Below, piece by piece: positions 52,303-60,966 of a DNA stretch of 60,966 bases. The notes under the pieces are model-generated. The model worked only from the letters and a program-made list of their open reading frames with translations, did no database searches and was not told the DNA's origin. The stretch is from an uncultured Candidatus Saccharibacteria bacterium (GTDB lineage: Bacteria > Patescibacteriota > Minisyncoccia > SW-4-49-11), in the NCBI GenBank assembly GCA_964633865.1, contig CAZWIJ010000008.1, forward strand, positions 1 through 60,966, written 5' to 3'. Each line of letters starts with the position of its first letter. The stretch's first letter is position 1. The translations under genes and the position numbers were made by a program.

Positions 52303-54429
52303 ATGAATGACACAATCATTATCAAGTTAGATGAGCTAATTACTTATTATCAGAATATTAAATTTAGTAATGCATCAGCAAGACTAATTTCTAAATCACA
52401 AGAAATGTGTGCTTGGTTAAGAAAAATTAAACAAGAATATATTTCTGGATCATCATTTCTTAATCTAGTTAAAGAAAAAGAACAACTCACTATCCTATCA
52501 GGGATAGTTTTATCTACTCTAGATAAACTCTTTCCTATAAATTGGAATAAATATGGAGTTCCTACCGATGATAAAGATTTATTAATTGATCCTAATCAAG
52601 GTAATTTTGAGCTTAATAATTATCTAAATCTAGATTATCTAAAGAATTTTTTTGAGATTTTAAAAGAAATTTATCAAGAACAAGATTTAGCAAAATGCCT
52701 TTTGAATATTGAACACAACAGAGGTATTACAGATCCAAATACTGTAAGAAAACACAGTTATATAGCTTTCTCGCTAAAAAACCTGAAAGCAAATATAATG
52801 ATTCTTGAGAGCTTTGCTTATGGGAATGTGATCTATCTTATCTTTGGTGATAAAAAAAGAGAATGGTATCTTGGTAAAACTAAAGAAGAATTGAATTCTC
52901 TACCAAATGTCTTTAGATTTGAGCATAGAGATGATTATTCTTTAAAGATTATTCAGCAAATTAAAGATTACTTAGCTAATAGTGATGAATTAACTAATTC
53001 TAAATCTGATCAAATCAAAGATGCGAATCCAAATCTAAATACAGACCCAGAATATCTTGATTCTCCTATAGCAAAAGAAAGATATCTAAATTTAGTATTT
53101 ATTCTTGATCAACTTGGACATGTAGATGATGATGGTAATTTTAAAAATGTTATCTATAGTGTAGAGCAATCTCCTGAAAGAAAGCAAAAGTATTTTATGG
53201 TAAGTCTTCTTGGTTATTCTAAATCAGTAATAATTATGGAAAGCCTACAATATACTCATGATCATAAAATATATATTATTGACGGTGATAAAATTCTTGA
53301 TATAAAAGATGAAGATTATAAAAGAATTTATTTATTAAACTTGTCTTATGAATCATTGCATAATCTCTCTTATAATCATGGTGTTATCAGATATCAATCA
53401 TATACAGCACAAGCTGTTGCTAAAATTTCTGAAATAATAGGAGAAGAATCTAAAATTATTATTGATAATGATAATGAAAATGAAAATCACTTTTGTTTAC
53501 TTAATCCAAATGATTATGAGAGTTGGTTTACAAAATATGATTCTATATTAACGAAAAGAGATTATTATCTGAAAGAAGCTCTATACTTTATGCAGAAAAA
53601 TTATAAAATTCCTTCTGTAATTTCTAAAGATGTAAATGAAAGTAAGATGGGAAAACATCTTAGTAAGCTTATTTATGGAAACATACATAAGGTATCAAAA
53701 ATCTTTAAATTAAATCAGGATTTAATTAATTGGAGAGAGAAAATTCACAATTTTAATATTCTTTCGGATCAAGATATTTGGGAAAAATTAATAAATTATA
53801 TTCAAATTAATGGTAAAAGACCTTCTATTAAAAATAAAATAGAAACTTTTAAAGGGGAAGTTATTAATTTAGGCGGCAAATGTCAAAATGCCAAAAGAAA
53901 AAATTATCCTAATGCTACTGAAGAACAAATAAAACTTTTTGATTGGCATTCAAAAAGAATGATTGTAAAAAAATATCTTCAAGTCTGGAATCTAATTTGG
54001 TATATGAAATTTCATAAACAAGTTCCTCCTGAATTTATTCGAGATATTGATGAAAAAACTGTGGAAAGAACCCAAATTAGAACATATTATGATAGTTCTA
54101 ATAAAAAAGTAAATTGTATAGATAAATTTTTAGGTAGCTTAAGGACACTTTATCAAAGTTACTTCTCTAAAAATGATCTTAATTATAATTGGATGTCTCC
54201 TAGAATGCATCTTGAGCTTAAAAAAGCTAAACAAATCTGTGATGATGCAAGATTACAAGAAAATATTCTTTTCTACACTCCTCTTATAATTAAGTTGAAA
54301 AAAGGAGAAATATTGAATTATAATGAGAGAAGGTTAATTTCTGGATTTATTAAAGGTACCAGTTCTGGTCCTCTTGATCCGGAGCAAAAGCAAGAATTTG
54401 AACAATTAATTAAACAATTCAAAGATTAA
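52303..54429 (+). CDS. Large hypothetical protein (708 aa from the ATG at 52303) with internal duplications
   Basis: The ORF-track start at 52276 is a TTG close to the TSS, so the ATG at 52303 (MNDTIIIKLDE) is preferred. Two related segments are present: RKHSYIAFSLKNLKANIMILESFAYGNVIYLIFGDKK and RKQKYFMVSLLGYSKSVIIMESLQYTHDHKIYIIDGDK. The C-terminal half has Trp-anchored repeats. Confidence 0.6.
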   Translation: MNDTIIIKLDELITYYQNIKFSNASARLISKSQEMCAWLRKIKQEYISGSSFLNLVKEKEQLTILSGIVLSTLDKLFPINWNKYGVPTDDKDLLIDPNQGNFELNNYLNLDYLKNFFEILKEIYQEQDLAKCLLNIEHNRGITDPNTVRKHSYIAFSLKNLKANIMILESFAYGNVIYLIFGDKKREWYLGKTKEELNSLPNVFRFEHRDDYSLKIIQQIKDYLANSDELTNSKSDQIKDANPNLNTDPEYLDSPIAKERYLNLVFILDQLGHVDDDGNFKNVIYSVEQSPERKQKYFMVSLLGYSKSVIIMESLQYTHDHKIYIIDGDKILDIKDEDYKRIYLLNLSYESLHNLSYNHGVIRYQSYTAQAVAKISEIIGEESKIIIDNDNENENHFCLLNPNDYESWFTKYDSILTKRDYYLKEALYFMQKNYKIPSVISKDVNESKMGKHLSKLIYGNIHKVSKIFKLNQDLINWREKIHNFNILSDQDIWEKLINYIQINGKRPSIKNKIETFKGEVINLGGKCQNAKRKNYPNATEEQIKLFDWHSKRMIVKKYLQVWNLIWYMKFHKQVPPEFIRDIDEKTVERTQIRTYYDSSNKKVNCIDKFLGSLRTLYQSYFSKNDLNYNWMSPRMHLELKKAKQICDDARLQENILFYTPLIIKLKKGEILNYNERRLISGFIKGTSSGPLDPEQKQEFEQLIKQFKD

Positions 54430-54442
54430 TCCATTTTACCAA

Positions 54443-54468
54443 AGTCTCACACAAAAGTGAGACTTTTT
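54443..54468 (+). terminator. Intrinsic terminator
   Basis: AGTCTCAC (54443-54450) pairs with GTGAGACT (54457-54464), followed by TTTT. Confidence 0.6.
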
Positions 54469-54518
54469 AATTTTGTATTGATTTTAAGATGAAAAAAGAG
54501 TAAATAAAAATTTTTAAC

Positions 54519-55628
54519 TTAACTTTGTATTCTAATATTCAAAGAATAATATCCATTAGAGTCACTGATTAGTATCTCATTAAGTTCCATCATAGATATT
54601 TCCGTCATCAGATTTGTAATATCCATATCTAATTTATGGCTAAGAGAATTTAGATTATAAGATTTTTCATTCAGAATATGTATAATTCTCTGTTCTATTT
54701 CTGTAAATTCTGTCAATAACCTCACTTCCAAATTTGTATCTATATTATACTGATCTAAAATACTTTTCTCATTTAGAACCACAATTGCTCCTTCAGATAT
54801 TAGATAATTTGTACCTTCTGAATTTTTCTGATCGATATTACCAGGAATAGCAAAAACATCTCTATTTTGTTCCAAAGCAAAGTTAACAGTAATCATAGTT
54901 CCACTTTTCAAAGGAGCTTCTATCACAAGTAAGCCTTTTGAGATTCCTGAAACTATCCTATTTCTCATAGGGAAAAACTCTTTTCTAGGCTCTGTTTTTG
55001 GGCTAAATTCACTAATCAAAGCTCCTCCAGTCTCAACAATTTCTTTTGCTAAACCTAAATTTGATTTTGGATAAATAACTTTAGGATCAAGTCCACCACC
55101 CAGAACAGCTATTGTTCTACCTCCTGCCAAAAGACAAGCTTGATGAGAAATACTGTCTATCCCAAGAGCCATACCACTTACTATCACCATTCCTGCTTTT
55201 GATACTTCTTTGACTATCTGTGTACAAACCTTCTTGCCATATTGAGAAAATTTTCTTGTACCAATAACAGCTAATGTATTCCCTAGATTCTCTATATTTC
55301 CTTTATAATATAATAAAGTTGGCTTAGCAGAGATTTCTAATAAACTCTTTGGATATAATTCATCTTTGATAGAAACTAATTGAATTTGACTATCCAAAAA
55401 ATATGCTTTTTCTTGACTCCAAAGAATTTCTTTATCAATTTTATGATATTCTTGATAAATATCTAGAGCTTTACCTTTAAATACATTCTCAAAATCTTTT
55501 AAATTAGCATTATTAAAGAACTTTACTGGATCCTTATATTTAATAATTTTAGATAATCCACCTTGTCCAATATTTTTGATACTATAAAGACAGTGTAATG
55601 CTAAATTAAATGGACTTGGCTCAAACAT
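54519..55628 (-). CDS. dprA: DNA processing protein DprA (Smf)
   Basis: 369 aa. AVIGTRKFSQYGKKV, SGMALGIDSISHQACL, GGRTIAVLGGGLD, FPMRNRIVSGIS, VIEAPLKSGTMIT, VFAIPGNI. Confidence 0.9.
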   Translation of the reverse strand: MFEPSPFNLALHCLYSIKNIGQGGLSKIIKYKDPVKFFNNANLKDFENVFKGKALDIYQEYHKIDKEILWSQEKAYFLDSQIQLVSIKDELYPKSLLEISAKPTLLYYKGNIENLGNTLAVIGTRKFSQYGKKVCTQIVKEVSKAGMVIVSGMALGIDSISHQACLLAGGRTIAVLGGGLDPKVIYPKSNLGLAKEIVETGGALISEFSPKTEPRKEFFPMRNRIVSGISKGLLVIEAPLKSGTMITVNFALEQNRDVFAIPGNIDQKNSEGTNYLISEGAIVVLNEKSILDQYNIDTNLEVRLLTEFTEIEQRIIHILNEKSYNLNSLSHKLDMDITNLMTEISMMELNEILISDSNGYYSLNIRIQS

Positions 55629-55773
55629 AAAGTTAAAGTTAGTTTGGTATGAATATTATATCTAGTATATCAAATTAAGTAATTTTTTCAAAATTTTTAT
55701 ATTTTTTGATAATTACTATTGACAAAATTAAGATATATGATATGCTATTAACTGTAATTTACAACTAGTGTAT

Positions 55774-55971
55774 ATGCAAAAAAATAACCATGAATACATG
55801 TTAGATTGCAGTAGTGTCTTAGCTAAAGACATTAGTTCCTGTCACAAATTCAATCGCCATGTTTACCAACACGGGGAATACAAAAGAATTAGAAAACAAT
55901 ATATCCATAACCAAAGACAAGGTTACAAAAGAATTCTCAATAGTATCCATGCTGACTATGAACTAATTTAA
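55774..55971 (+). CDS. Small basic His/Lys/Arg-rich protein (65 aa)
   Basis: A TTGACA-16-TATGCT promoter lies at 55719-55746 and a terminator at 55978-56010. Either the ATG at 55774 or the GTG at 55768 could be the start. Confidence 0.45.
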   Translation: MQKNNHEYMLDCSSVLAKDISSCHKFNRHVYQHGEYKRIRKQYIHNQRQGYKRILNSIHADYELI

Positions 55972-55977
55972 CCAAAA

Positions 55978-56010
55978 GCCCTAGAGATAAAATCTAGGGC
56001 TCTTATTTTT
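55978..56010. terminator. Hairpin terminator between convergent genes
   Basis: GCCCTAG (55978-55984) pairs with CTAGGGC (55994-56000), followed by TCTTATTTTT. Confidence 0.55.
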
Positions 56011-56026
56011 GTGAATTACTCCGCCG

Positions 56027-56800
56027 TTATTGTTTTTTGTTTGATGTATAAATGATTTTACCAACAAAAAATCCAAATAGTATCAAACAAATTATAACAG
56101 TAGCAATAACTATTGGATATTCTCCATCAAATCCATCAACTGACAAATGCTTAAAAAGTATCCAGAAAAATGCCCATACAAGAACCAGCCCATATGATAT
56201 ACTTCTATCCTTACACATCCTAATTATACCAATCATAGCTCCTACAATTAATATAATACTTGTCCAAATAAAATCAGAGATTCCAAATCCATTCCAACCA
56301 ATACTTACCAAAAATATAGTTATATTAGCAATAAATGCAACCGTAATCCAACCAAAATAAATACTAAAAGCTTCCTTAATAAAAGGTTTTTCAAGTTTTG
56401 TAAATTTCTCGGCACGAATTATATCAGCAATCTTAATCAATAACAAAAGCAATATAGCCATCATAAGAGTTGATATCCCGATATAATCATAGTGCCATGT
56501 AAATATCCATCCAATATTAGCTAAAGAAGTACCTATAAAAAGTGGGTTAATTTTATTCAAAAGAATTTCTATTTTTTTATCCTTGTTCAAAAACTGATAA
56601 ACTACATACCCTCCAAGCAAAAGATAAATCAAAGCCCAGATAGCAAAAGCTGGACCAGCTGGAGCAAAAAGATTAGGATAAGAATCAGATATTGCACCTG
56701 TAAGGCGGTTATTTAGTGGTAAAGCATTGGCCAAAAAGTTCATTCCAATCATAGCAATATAACTAAATCCTGCAAATATTTTTAGGTATGTATTTTTCAT
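56027..56800 (-). CDS. Polytopic Trp-rich membrane protein (TspO/MBR-related?)
   Basis: 257 aa with ~8 TM segments. The N-terminal NFLANALPLNNRLTGAISDSYPNLFAPAGPAFAIWALIYLLL resembles the long TspO-like proteins of Firmicutes as I recall them. Confidence 0.45.
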   Translation of the reverse strand: MKNTYLKIFAGFSYIAMIGMNFLANALPLNNRLTGAISDSYPNLFAPAGPAFAIWALIYLLLGGYVVYQFLNKDKKIEILLNKINPLFIGTSLANIGWIFTWHYDYIGISTLMMAILLLLLIKIADIIRAEKFTKLEKPFIKEAFSIYFGWITVAFIANITIFLVSIGWNGFGISDFIWTSIILIVGAMIGIIRMCKDRSISYGLVLVWAFFWILFKHLSVDGFDGEYPIVIATVIICLILFGFFVGKIIYTSNKKQ

Positions 56801-56984
56801 AAATTTATTGTTTATTATAACTTAAAAAACAATCTACTATTTAGAATATATTTTGTAATAGATTATTTTAATAATAACATTCATAAAGAAATTCTACAAA
56901 TATTATCTCAAAAGATATTTATAAATTAAATTTTTAAAAACAATACTCCCAGAAATCCTTATAATTATATAGGGCCATTATTTT

Positions 56985-59939
56985 TTATCCATATATCTCT
57001 CCCCCACCCCAAACTTCACTCACCAAATCTGCTATCTTCTGATTGCTAAATTGCTTTTTAAATTTGATTTTGACATCATCTCCAAAGAATTTTTCGGCAT
57101 ATCTAATTTTTTGCTTCTCTTCATCTCTTAAACTCTGCTCATCTGTATTTTTGGTCTCAACGATAAAATAAAGCTTTTTATTACCATCTTTCATATTCAG
57201 AACATAAGCAAAATCTGGGGAATAAGATTTACCACCAGCCACAGGAATTTTGATAGAATTTTTTGGTATTTTGGTAAAAACAGTTATTTCAGAAAGATTT
57301 GTCTTGATATTATCTTTTTCAAGCTCACTATCATAAAAACTTTTGTCAAATAAATAATTTTCAGCTACTCTATCATCCGCAGGAAAAACACCTATATCTG
57401 AAGAATTTATTTCTTGTTTTGGCTCTCCATCTTGATTTGTAAATTTGGTAGGGTGAACTTTACTTGATATTTTTTGATATTCTACACCGCATTGATTGAT
57501 CGCATTATACATAAGATAATTATCAAACTTTGTTTTAAAAGCTCTTAGATTCAACTGATTCAGATAATTATTTATTTTAAGGTGCAAATCTGTACTTATA
57601 AAAGCTTTGTGTATAGTTTTTATATTTATATTAAGCAATTGAGATAATTGCTCTAAAAACTCACTATATTTGATTGTGCTAATTTTAATATTATCATTTC
57701 CATAAATAGCCTGCTCTTCTCTTACCATAGCTTGATTATTCTCAATACTAACTTTTTTAGTTTTCTCCCTAGCTCCTTCCAGCATAAAAAAAGAATTTCT
57801 TAGAAAATCAGTAAAAATTTGCTCAAATTTCGACTCATTTGCTATTTTATATTCCAAAATAACTTTCTGATTAATTTTTTCCCATAAATCTTTTAGTTGA
57901 GTATATTTTTCAGCCCTGATCGCAACTTTTTTTCTAGAATCAGTAGATTTTCTAATTTTATTAGAATCAATTCCATCAAAAATAAGTGGGTATGCTGATT
58001 TTATATATTCATAACCATTTTCCTTAAAATTATTATTCCTCTTAATAATCCCCTTATTATCCAAATCTTCCAACAATTTTTCTTCAGTAATATGATATTT
58101 TTCTATGATATTTTTGATCATACCCTCATCAAGCTTGGTATAAATTATCTCTCTTGAAATTGCTCCAGATTTTTTATTAATCTCATTCACAAGCTTATCT
58201 ACAAAATCATTTTCCGTAAAATCTACAAAATAATTCAGATAAAATTGTTCGTCTTTGACTCGGTTTCCATATTGATTGACAGGCAAACGAAGCCCCCTAC
58301 CCACTTCTTGTAATTTTGAAATGTCTGATCCGCTACTTCTAAGCTTACAAATCTGAAAAATATTTGGATTATCCCAACCTTCTCGCAATGTCCATTTAGA
58401 AAAAATAAATCTTCTTGGATTATCCAAACTCAAAACAGCTTGTTTGTCATGCAAGATTTCATTAACTTCTTTTTCAATTAATTCATCTTTTTCTGTATTA
58501 TCTTTGGAAAAATATCCTCCATGAGTCTTACTAATATCCTGTAAAGTTTTTTCTAAATAAGATCTATAAAAAATATCTTTTTCTGTATTCAAAAGATGCT
58601 CTGCCTCAGCTTTGATATACTTTTCAATTGTCTTTCTGATATATCCATCCTGATTTCTGTATTCATCTATATTATCAATAAAAAATAAGGTCAATGGTTT
58701 TATCTTGACCGATCTTGTAAGATATTCTTTTTCTTGCTCAAAATGATGTTTGATAGCCTTTTCAATAATAGTTTCTTGTAGAGTCTCTGAATAAGAGTAA
58801 GGATTTAATTTATCACCTTTCTTCAACTCCAATCCATTAGATAAAACTACAGTCCCTGTATTTAATTTTTCTATAAATAAATCTGCCATAGCCAAGTGAG
58901 CTTTTTCTAAACTCTCTTTTTTGGTTATCTTAAAGATTTTTTTAGTATTATTGTCAATCAAATGAAAAGTTGCTTCCACACCATCAGAATAAATAAATTT
59001 GAGCATAATATTTTTACCTTCATCAAATTCGGTAATATGACCAATCACTCCTTTCACCAAATTTTGATTAAAAGAATCAACTGCAGACAGAGTATAAAGC
59101 AAATTATGATAATCTTTTAGCTTAATTTTCTCTATTTTTCCCAAAATATTTTTTTGTTTAATCTCTTTTTCTGGGAAAGTTGCCCCATATCTGATCATAA
59201 CTTGAGGATTCATTTTTTGAATATTTTCCCAAGTTTTATTAGAATTACCAAATTTGTGAGGTTCATCAATAATCATAAAAGATTTAGTTGCAGAAATCGC
59301 TTCAAAAGGAATAGCATATTTATCCAAAATATTTTTATCAAAACTCTGTTTTAAAGTCTCAGAGTTTATCATACCAGCATTAATAATCAAAACTTGAATT
59401 TTATTTTTCTCAAAACTACCCGCATTCACAAAATTATTAATGGAAGCCGGCATATATGCTTTTTTGCCTTTATTGTTAGATTTCTTACTGTCTACAATAT
59501 GAAGCTGAATTTTTTTTCCATATTGCTCTTTGAAATGCTCTCTACTAGCCTCAGAATTCAAAAAATCAATTGTTCCTGCCTTGATAGGAAGAGTTGGAAC
59601 TACAATTATAAATTTAAAAATACCATATAGTTTATTTAACTCAAAAATAGTTTTGGCATAAGTATAAGTTTTACCAGTACCTGTTTCCATCATAATATCA
59701 AGAATATTTTGTTCTATATCTTTAGCTTGAATTTGGGTTAAATCAATAGAATTTCTTGATTGAACTTTTTTTATGTTCTCTCTATATCTAAAATTATCTT
59801 TAATCTCAAAGATTGGATTGATAAATTCTTTATTTACTCCCTTTGATTTTGTAATATCTACACCCTCAAAAATTTCAGTTACAGATTTTACTGCTAGCTC
59901 TTGATGTAATAAATTCTTCTCAAAGTTAAATCCAGCCAT
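56985..59939 (-). CDS. res: Type III restriction enzyme Res subunit (SF2 helicase plus PD-(D/E)xK nuclease)
   Basis: 984 aa. Walker A METGTGKTYTY, DEAH-like IIDEPHKF, helicase motif VI QEVGRGLRLP. C-terminal nuclease motif SPDFAYV...YFIVETK. Confidence 0.8.
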   Translation of the reverse strand: MAGFNFEKNLLHQELAVKSVTEIFEGVDITKSKGVNKEFINPIFEIKDNFRYRENIKKVQSRNSIDLTQIQAKDIEQNILDIMMETGTGKTYTYAKTIFELNKLYGIFKFIIVVPTLPIKAGTIDFLNSEASREHFKEQYGKKIQLHIVDSKKSNNKGKKAYMPASINNFVNAGSFEKNKIQVLIINAGMINSETLKQSFDKNILDKYAIPFEAISATKSFMIIDEPHKFGNSNKTWENIQKMNPQVMIRYGATFPEKEIKQKNILGKIEKIKLKDYHNLLYTLSAVDSFNQNLVKGVIGHITEFDEGKNIMLKFIYSDGVEATFHLIDNNTKKIFKITKKESLEKAHLAMADLFIEKLNTGTVVLSNGLELKKGDKLNPYSYSETLQETIIEKAIKHHFEQEKEYLTRSVKIKPLTLFFIDNIDEYRNQDGYIRKTIEKYIKAEAEHLLNTEKDIFYRSYLEKTLQDISKTHGGYFSKDNTEKDELIEKEVNEILHDKQAVLSLDNPRRFIFSKWTLREGWDNPNIFQICKLRSSGSDISKLQEVGRGLRLPVNQYGNRVKDEQFYLNYFVDFTENDFVDKLVNEINKKSGAISREIIYTKLDEGMIKNIIEKYHITEEKLLEDLDNKGIIKRNNNFKENGYEYIKSAYPLIFDGIDSNKIRKSTDSRKKVAIRAEKYTQLKDLWEKINQKVILEYKIANESKFEQIFTDFLRNSFFMLEGAREKTKKVSIENNQAMVREEQAIYGNDNIKISTIKYSEFLEQLSQLLNINIKTIHKAFISTDLHLKINNYLNQLNLRAFKTKFDNYLMYNAINQCGVEYQKISSKVHPTKFTNQDGEPKQEINSSDIGVFPADDRVAENYLFDKSFYDSELEKDNIKTNLSEITVFTKIPKNSIKIPVAGGKSYSPDFAYVLNMKDGNKKLYFIVETKNTDEQSLRDEEKQKIRYAEKFFGDDVKIKFKKQFSNQKIADLVSEVWGGGEIYG

Positions 59940-59945
59940 AGATTT

Positions 59946-60959
59946 CTAGTTTTTAGTTAATAGGTTTGAGTTTTTAGTTGTTTTTGAATTTAAAAGCAAT
60001 AAAATTATTCCGATCATTTTTTCTTTATCTTTTGGATTAGATTCAGCAATAAGAATAGTCAAAGTAGATAATGTCTCAGGGTTTATCTTTTCTTTAAACT
60101 GAATTCCTGCTTTTTGTAAGAACCAGATAAAACTAAAAGCCCCACTTCTTTTATTTCCATCAATAAAAGGATGATTTTTAATTATAAAATAGAATAAATG
60201 AGCAGATTTTTCTTCTAAAGTTTGATATACATCTTGACCAAAAACACTTTGAAATACATTTCCAATAATTCCTTCTAAATTTCCTTTTTGTCTTTCCTCT
60301 CCAAAAATTGTAGTCGCTTCTTTTTTAGTGATTAATTCTAATTTTAACTTTTCTAAATCTATTTTTAATTCCTCTGCTGTAACTTGAATTTTCTTTTTAG
60401 AACCTTTTTTAGGGAATTTGTCCTTATCATAACTGTCAAGAGAAAACCAAGTATAAGAAAAACTTTTGATAAGTTCCAAAATATCATCGGTTTTTAAATT
60501 TTGATTATTTTTAACTAACAACTTTATATCTTCCACTGCTTCCAGAAAAGACTGATGATTCTTTTCTATACTATTTGGATTAATAGTAAATCCTTTGGTT
60601 ATATGCTCTTTTAGAGTTTGAGTTGCCCATTTTCTAAAATTTGTACCTGTAACTGAATCTATTCTGTACCCAACAGAAATTAATACATCTAAATTATATT
60701 CTTTTATCTTCCTTTTTATAATTCTATCACCTTCTTTTTGAACTTGTAAGGATTCTTTACAAGTTGAGTTCTCATCTAATTCAGCACTTTTATAAATGTT
60801 TTTAAGGTGAGTTGTAATATTCTGTGGAGTAACATTAAATATATCAGCTATTTGTTTCTGACTTGCCCAAACAGTATCTTTATCAAAGTCTGGATGCAAT
60901 ATAATTTCACCTTTTTTTCCTTGGTAGATTATATTTAATTTATCCTTTTTTCCTTCCAT
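59946..60959 (-). CDS. RhuM-family N-terminal region fused to a Fic/Doc-type domain
   Basis: 337 aa. The N-terminal part TVWASQKQIADIFNVTPQNITTHLKNIY...YNLDVLISVGYRIDSVTGTNFRKWATQTLKEHITKGF matches RhuM-family proteins. The C-terminal motif HPFIDGNKRSGA is Doc-type, HxFx(D/N)(A/G)NKR. Confidence 0.75.
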   Translation of the reverse strand: MEGKKDKLNIIYQGKKGEIILHPDFDKDTVWASQKQIADIFNVTPQNITTHLKNIYKSAELDENSTCKESLQVQKEGDRIIKRKIKEYNLDVLISVGYRIDSVTGTNFRKWATQTLKEHITKGFTINPNSIEKNHQSFLEAVEDIKLLVKNNQNLKTDDILELIKSFSYTWFSLDSYDKDKFPKKGSKKKIQVTAEELKIDLEKLKLELITKKEATTIFGEERQKGNLEGIIGNVFQSVFGQDVYQTLEEKSAHLFYFIIKNHPFIDGNKRSGAFSFIWFLQKAGIQFKEKINPETLSTLTILIAESNPKDKEKMIGIILLLLNSKTTKNSNLLTKN

Positions 60960-60966
60960 AAACTCA

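Noticed and set aside
56052-56360. 102-aa plus-strand ORF, together with 59154-59354, 59394-59630, 7695-7898, 14100-14306 and 23899-24087
   Set aside because: They are antisense shadow ORFs inside the membrane protein, Res, decarboxylase, GRDP-like and GNAT genes.
1-60966. Alternative genetic code (UGA recoding as in Gracilibacteria/SR1, or genome-wide TAG recoding)
   Set aside because: Long conserved genes (fusA, pnp, valS, pyrG, rpoA) are full length under the standard code. TGA closes the duplicated 155-aa gene directly in front of its terminator. Only one isolated in-frame TAG was seen, and it is reported separately.
1-60966. Mobile elements or a prophage (searched for transposase, integrase and recombinase signatures and terminal inverted repeats, especially next to tRNA-Leu and the GC-rich gene)
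   Set aside because: No ORF shows DDE, tyrosine-recombinase or serine-recombinase motifs. The duplications present are direct segmental repeats without IS-like ends.

Overview
About 61 kb of a very AT-rich, gene-dense bacterial chromosome (by eye roughly 25-30 % GC; not computed). It reads cleanly with the standard bacterial code: TGA is used as a stop and the long housekeeping ORFs are intact. Core genes recognised: valS, pnp-rpsO, tRNA-Leu(UAG), rpsL-rpsG-fusA, one minus-strand block infA-rpmJ-rpsM-rpsK-rpsD-rpoA-rplQ-rplM-rpsI, pyrG, rplI, acyP, an M50 protease, rpmB and dprA. There are many short hypothetical genes, textbook TTGACA-17-TATAAT or TGnTAnAAT promoters, and hairpin plus T-run terminators. 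This suggests a small, streamlined genome, possibly CPR/Patescibacteria-like, but that lineage call is inference only. Accessory content, left to right: (1) at 0.2-4.7 kb, a compact RiPP-like locus with a three-module RRE-SagB-YcaO fusion protein, two metallopeptidases (HExxH and M16 HxxEH) and an unannotated 34-aa Cys-containing ORF that I propose as the precursor peptide; this is my best candidate for a new system. (2) An orphan sensor kinase. (3) An 8-16 kb decaying, duplicated accessory region holding an Orn/Lys-type decarboxylase, a GNAT-like gene, two paralogous alpha/beta hydrolases, an MccF-like S66 peptidase pseudogene plus a second remnant, a perfect ~545-bp direct repeat carrying a 155-aa gene, small hydrophilic proteins behind near-identical promoters, a 2OG-oxygenase-like gene, a GRDP-like protein and an ATP-grasp enzyme behind a promoter-terminator leader. 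(4) A Nudix/HAD/GNAT cluster. (5) A GC-rich foreign-looking gene next to a TAG-interrupted small ORF. (6) An ~830-bp non-coding region with two perfect DnaA boxes. (7) A NOX/ferric-reductase-like flavocytochrome with a rubredoxin-like tail. (8) Two secreted repeat proteins, one with perfect 378-bp tandem repeats and one with a FAS1 domain. (9) A Type III restriction Res gene preceded by a RhuM-Doc/Fic gene at the right edge. No rRNA, CRISPR array, transposase or integrase was seen.
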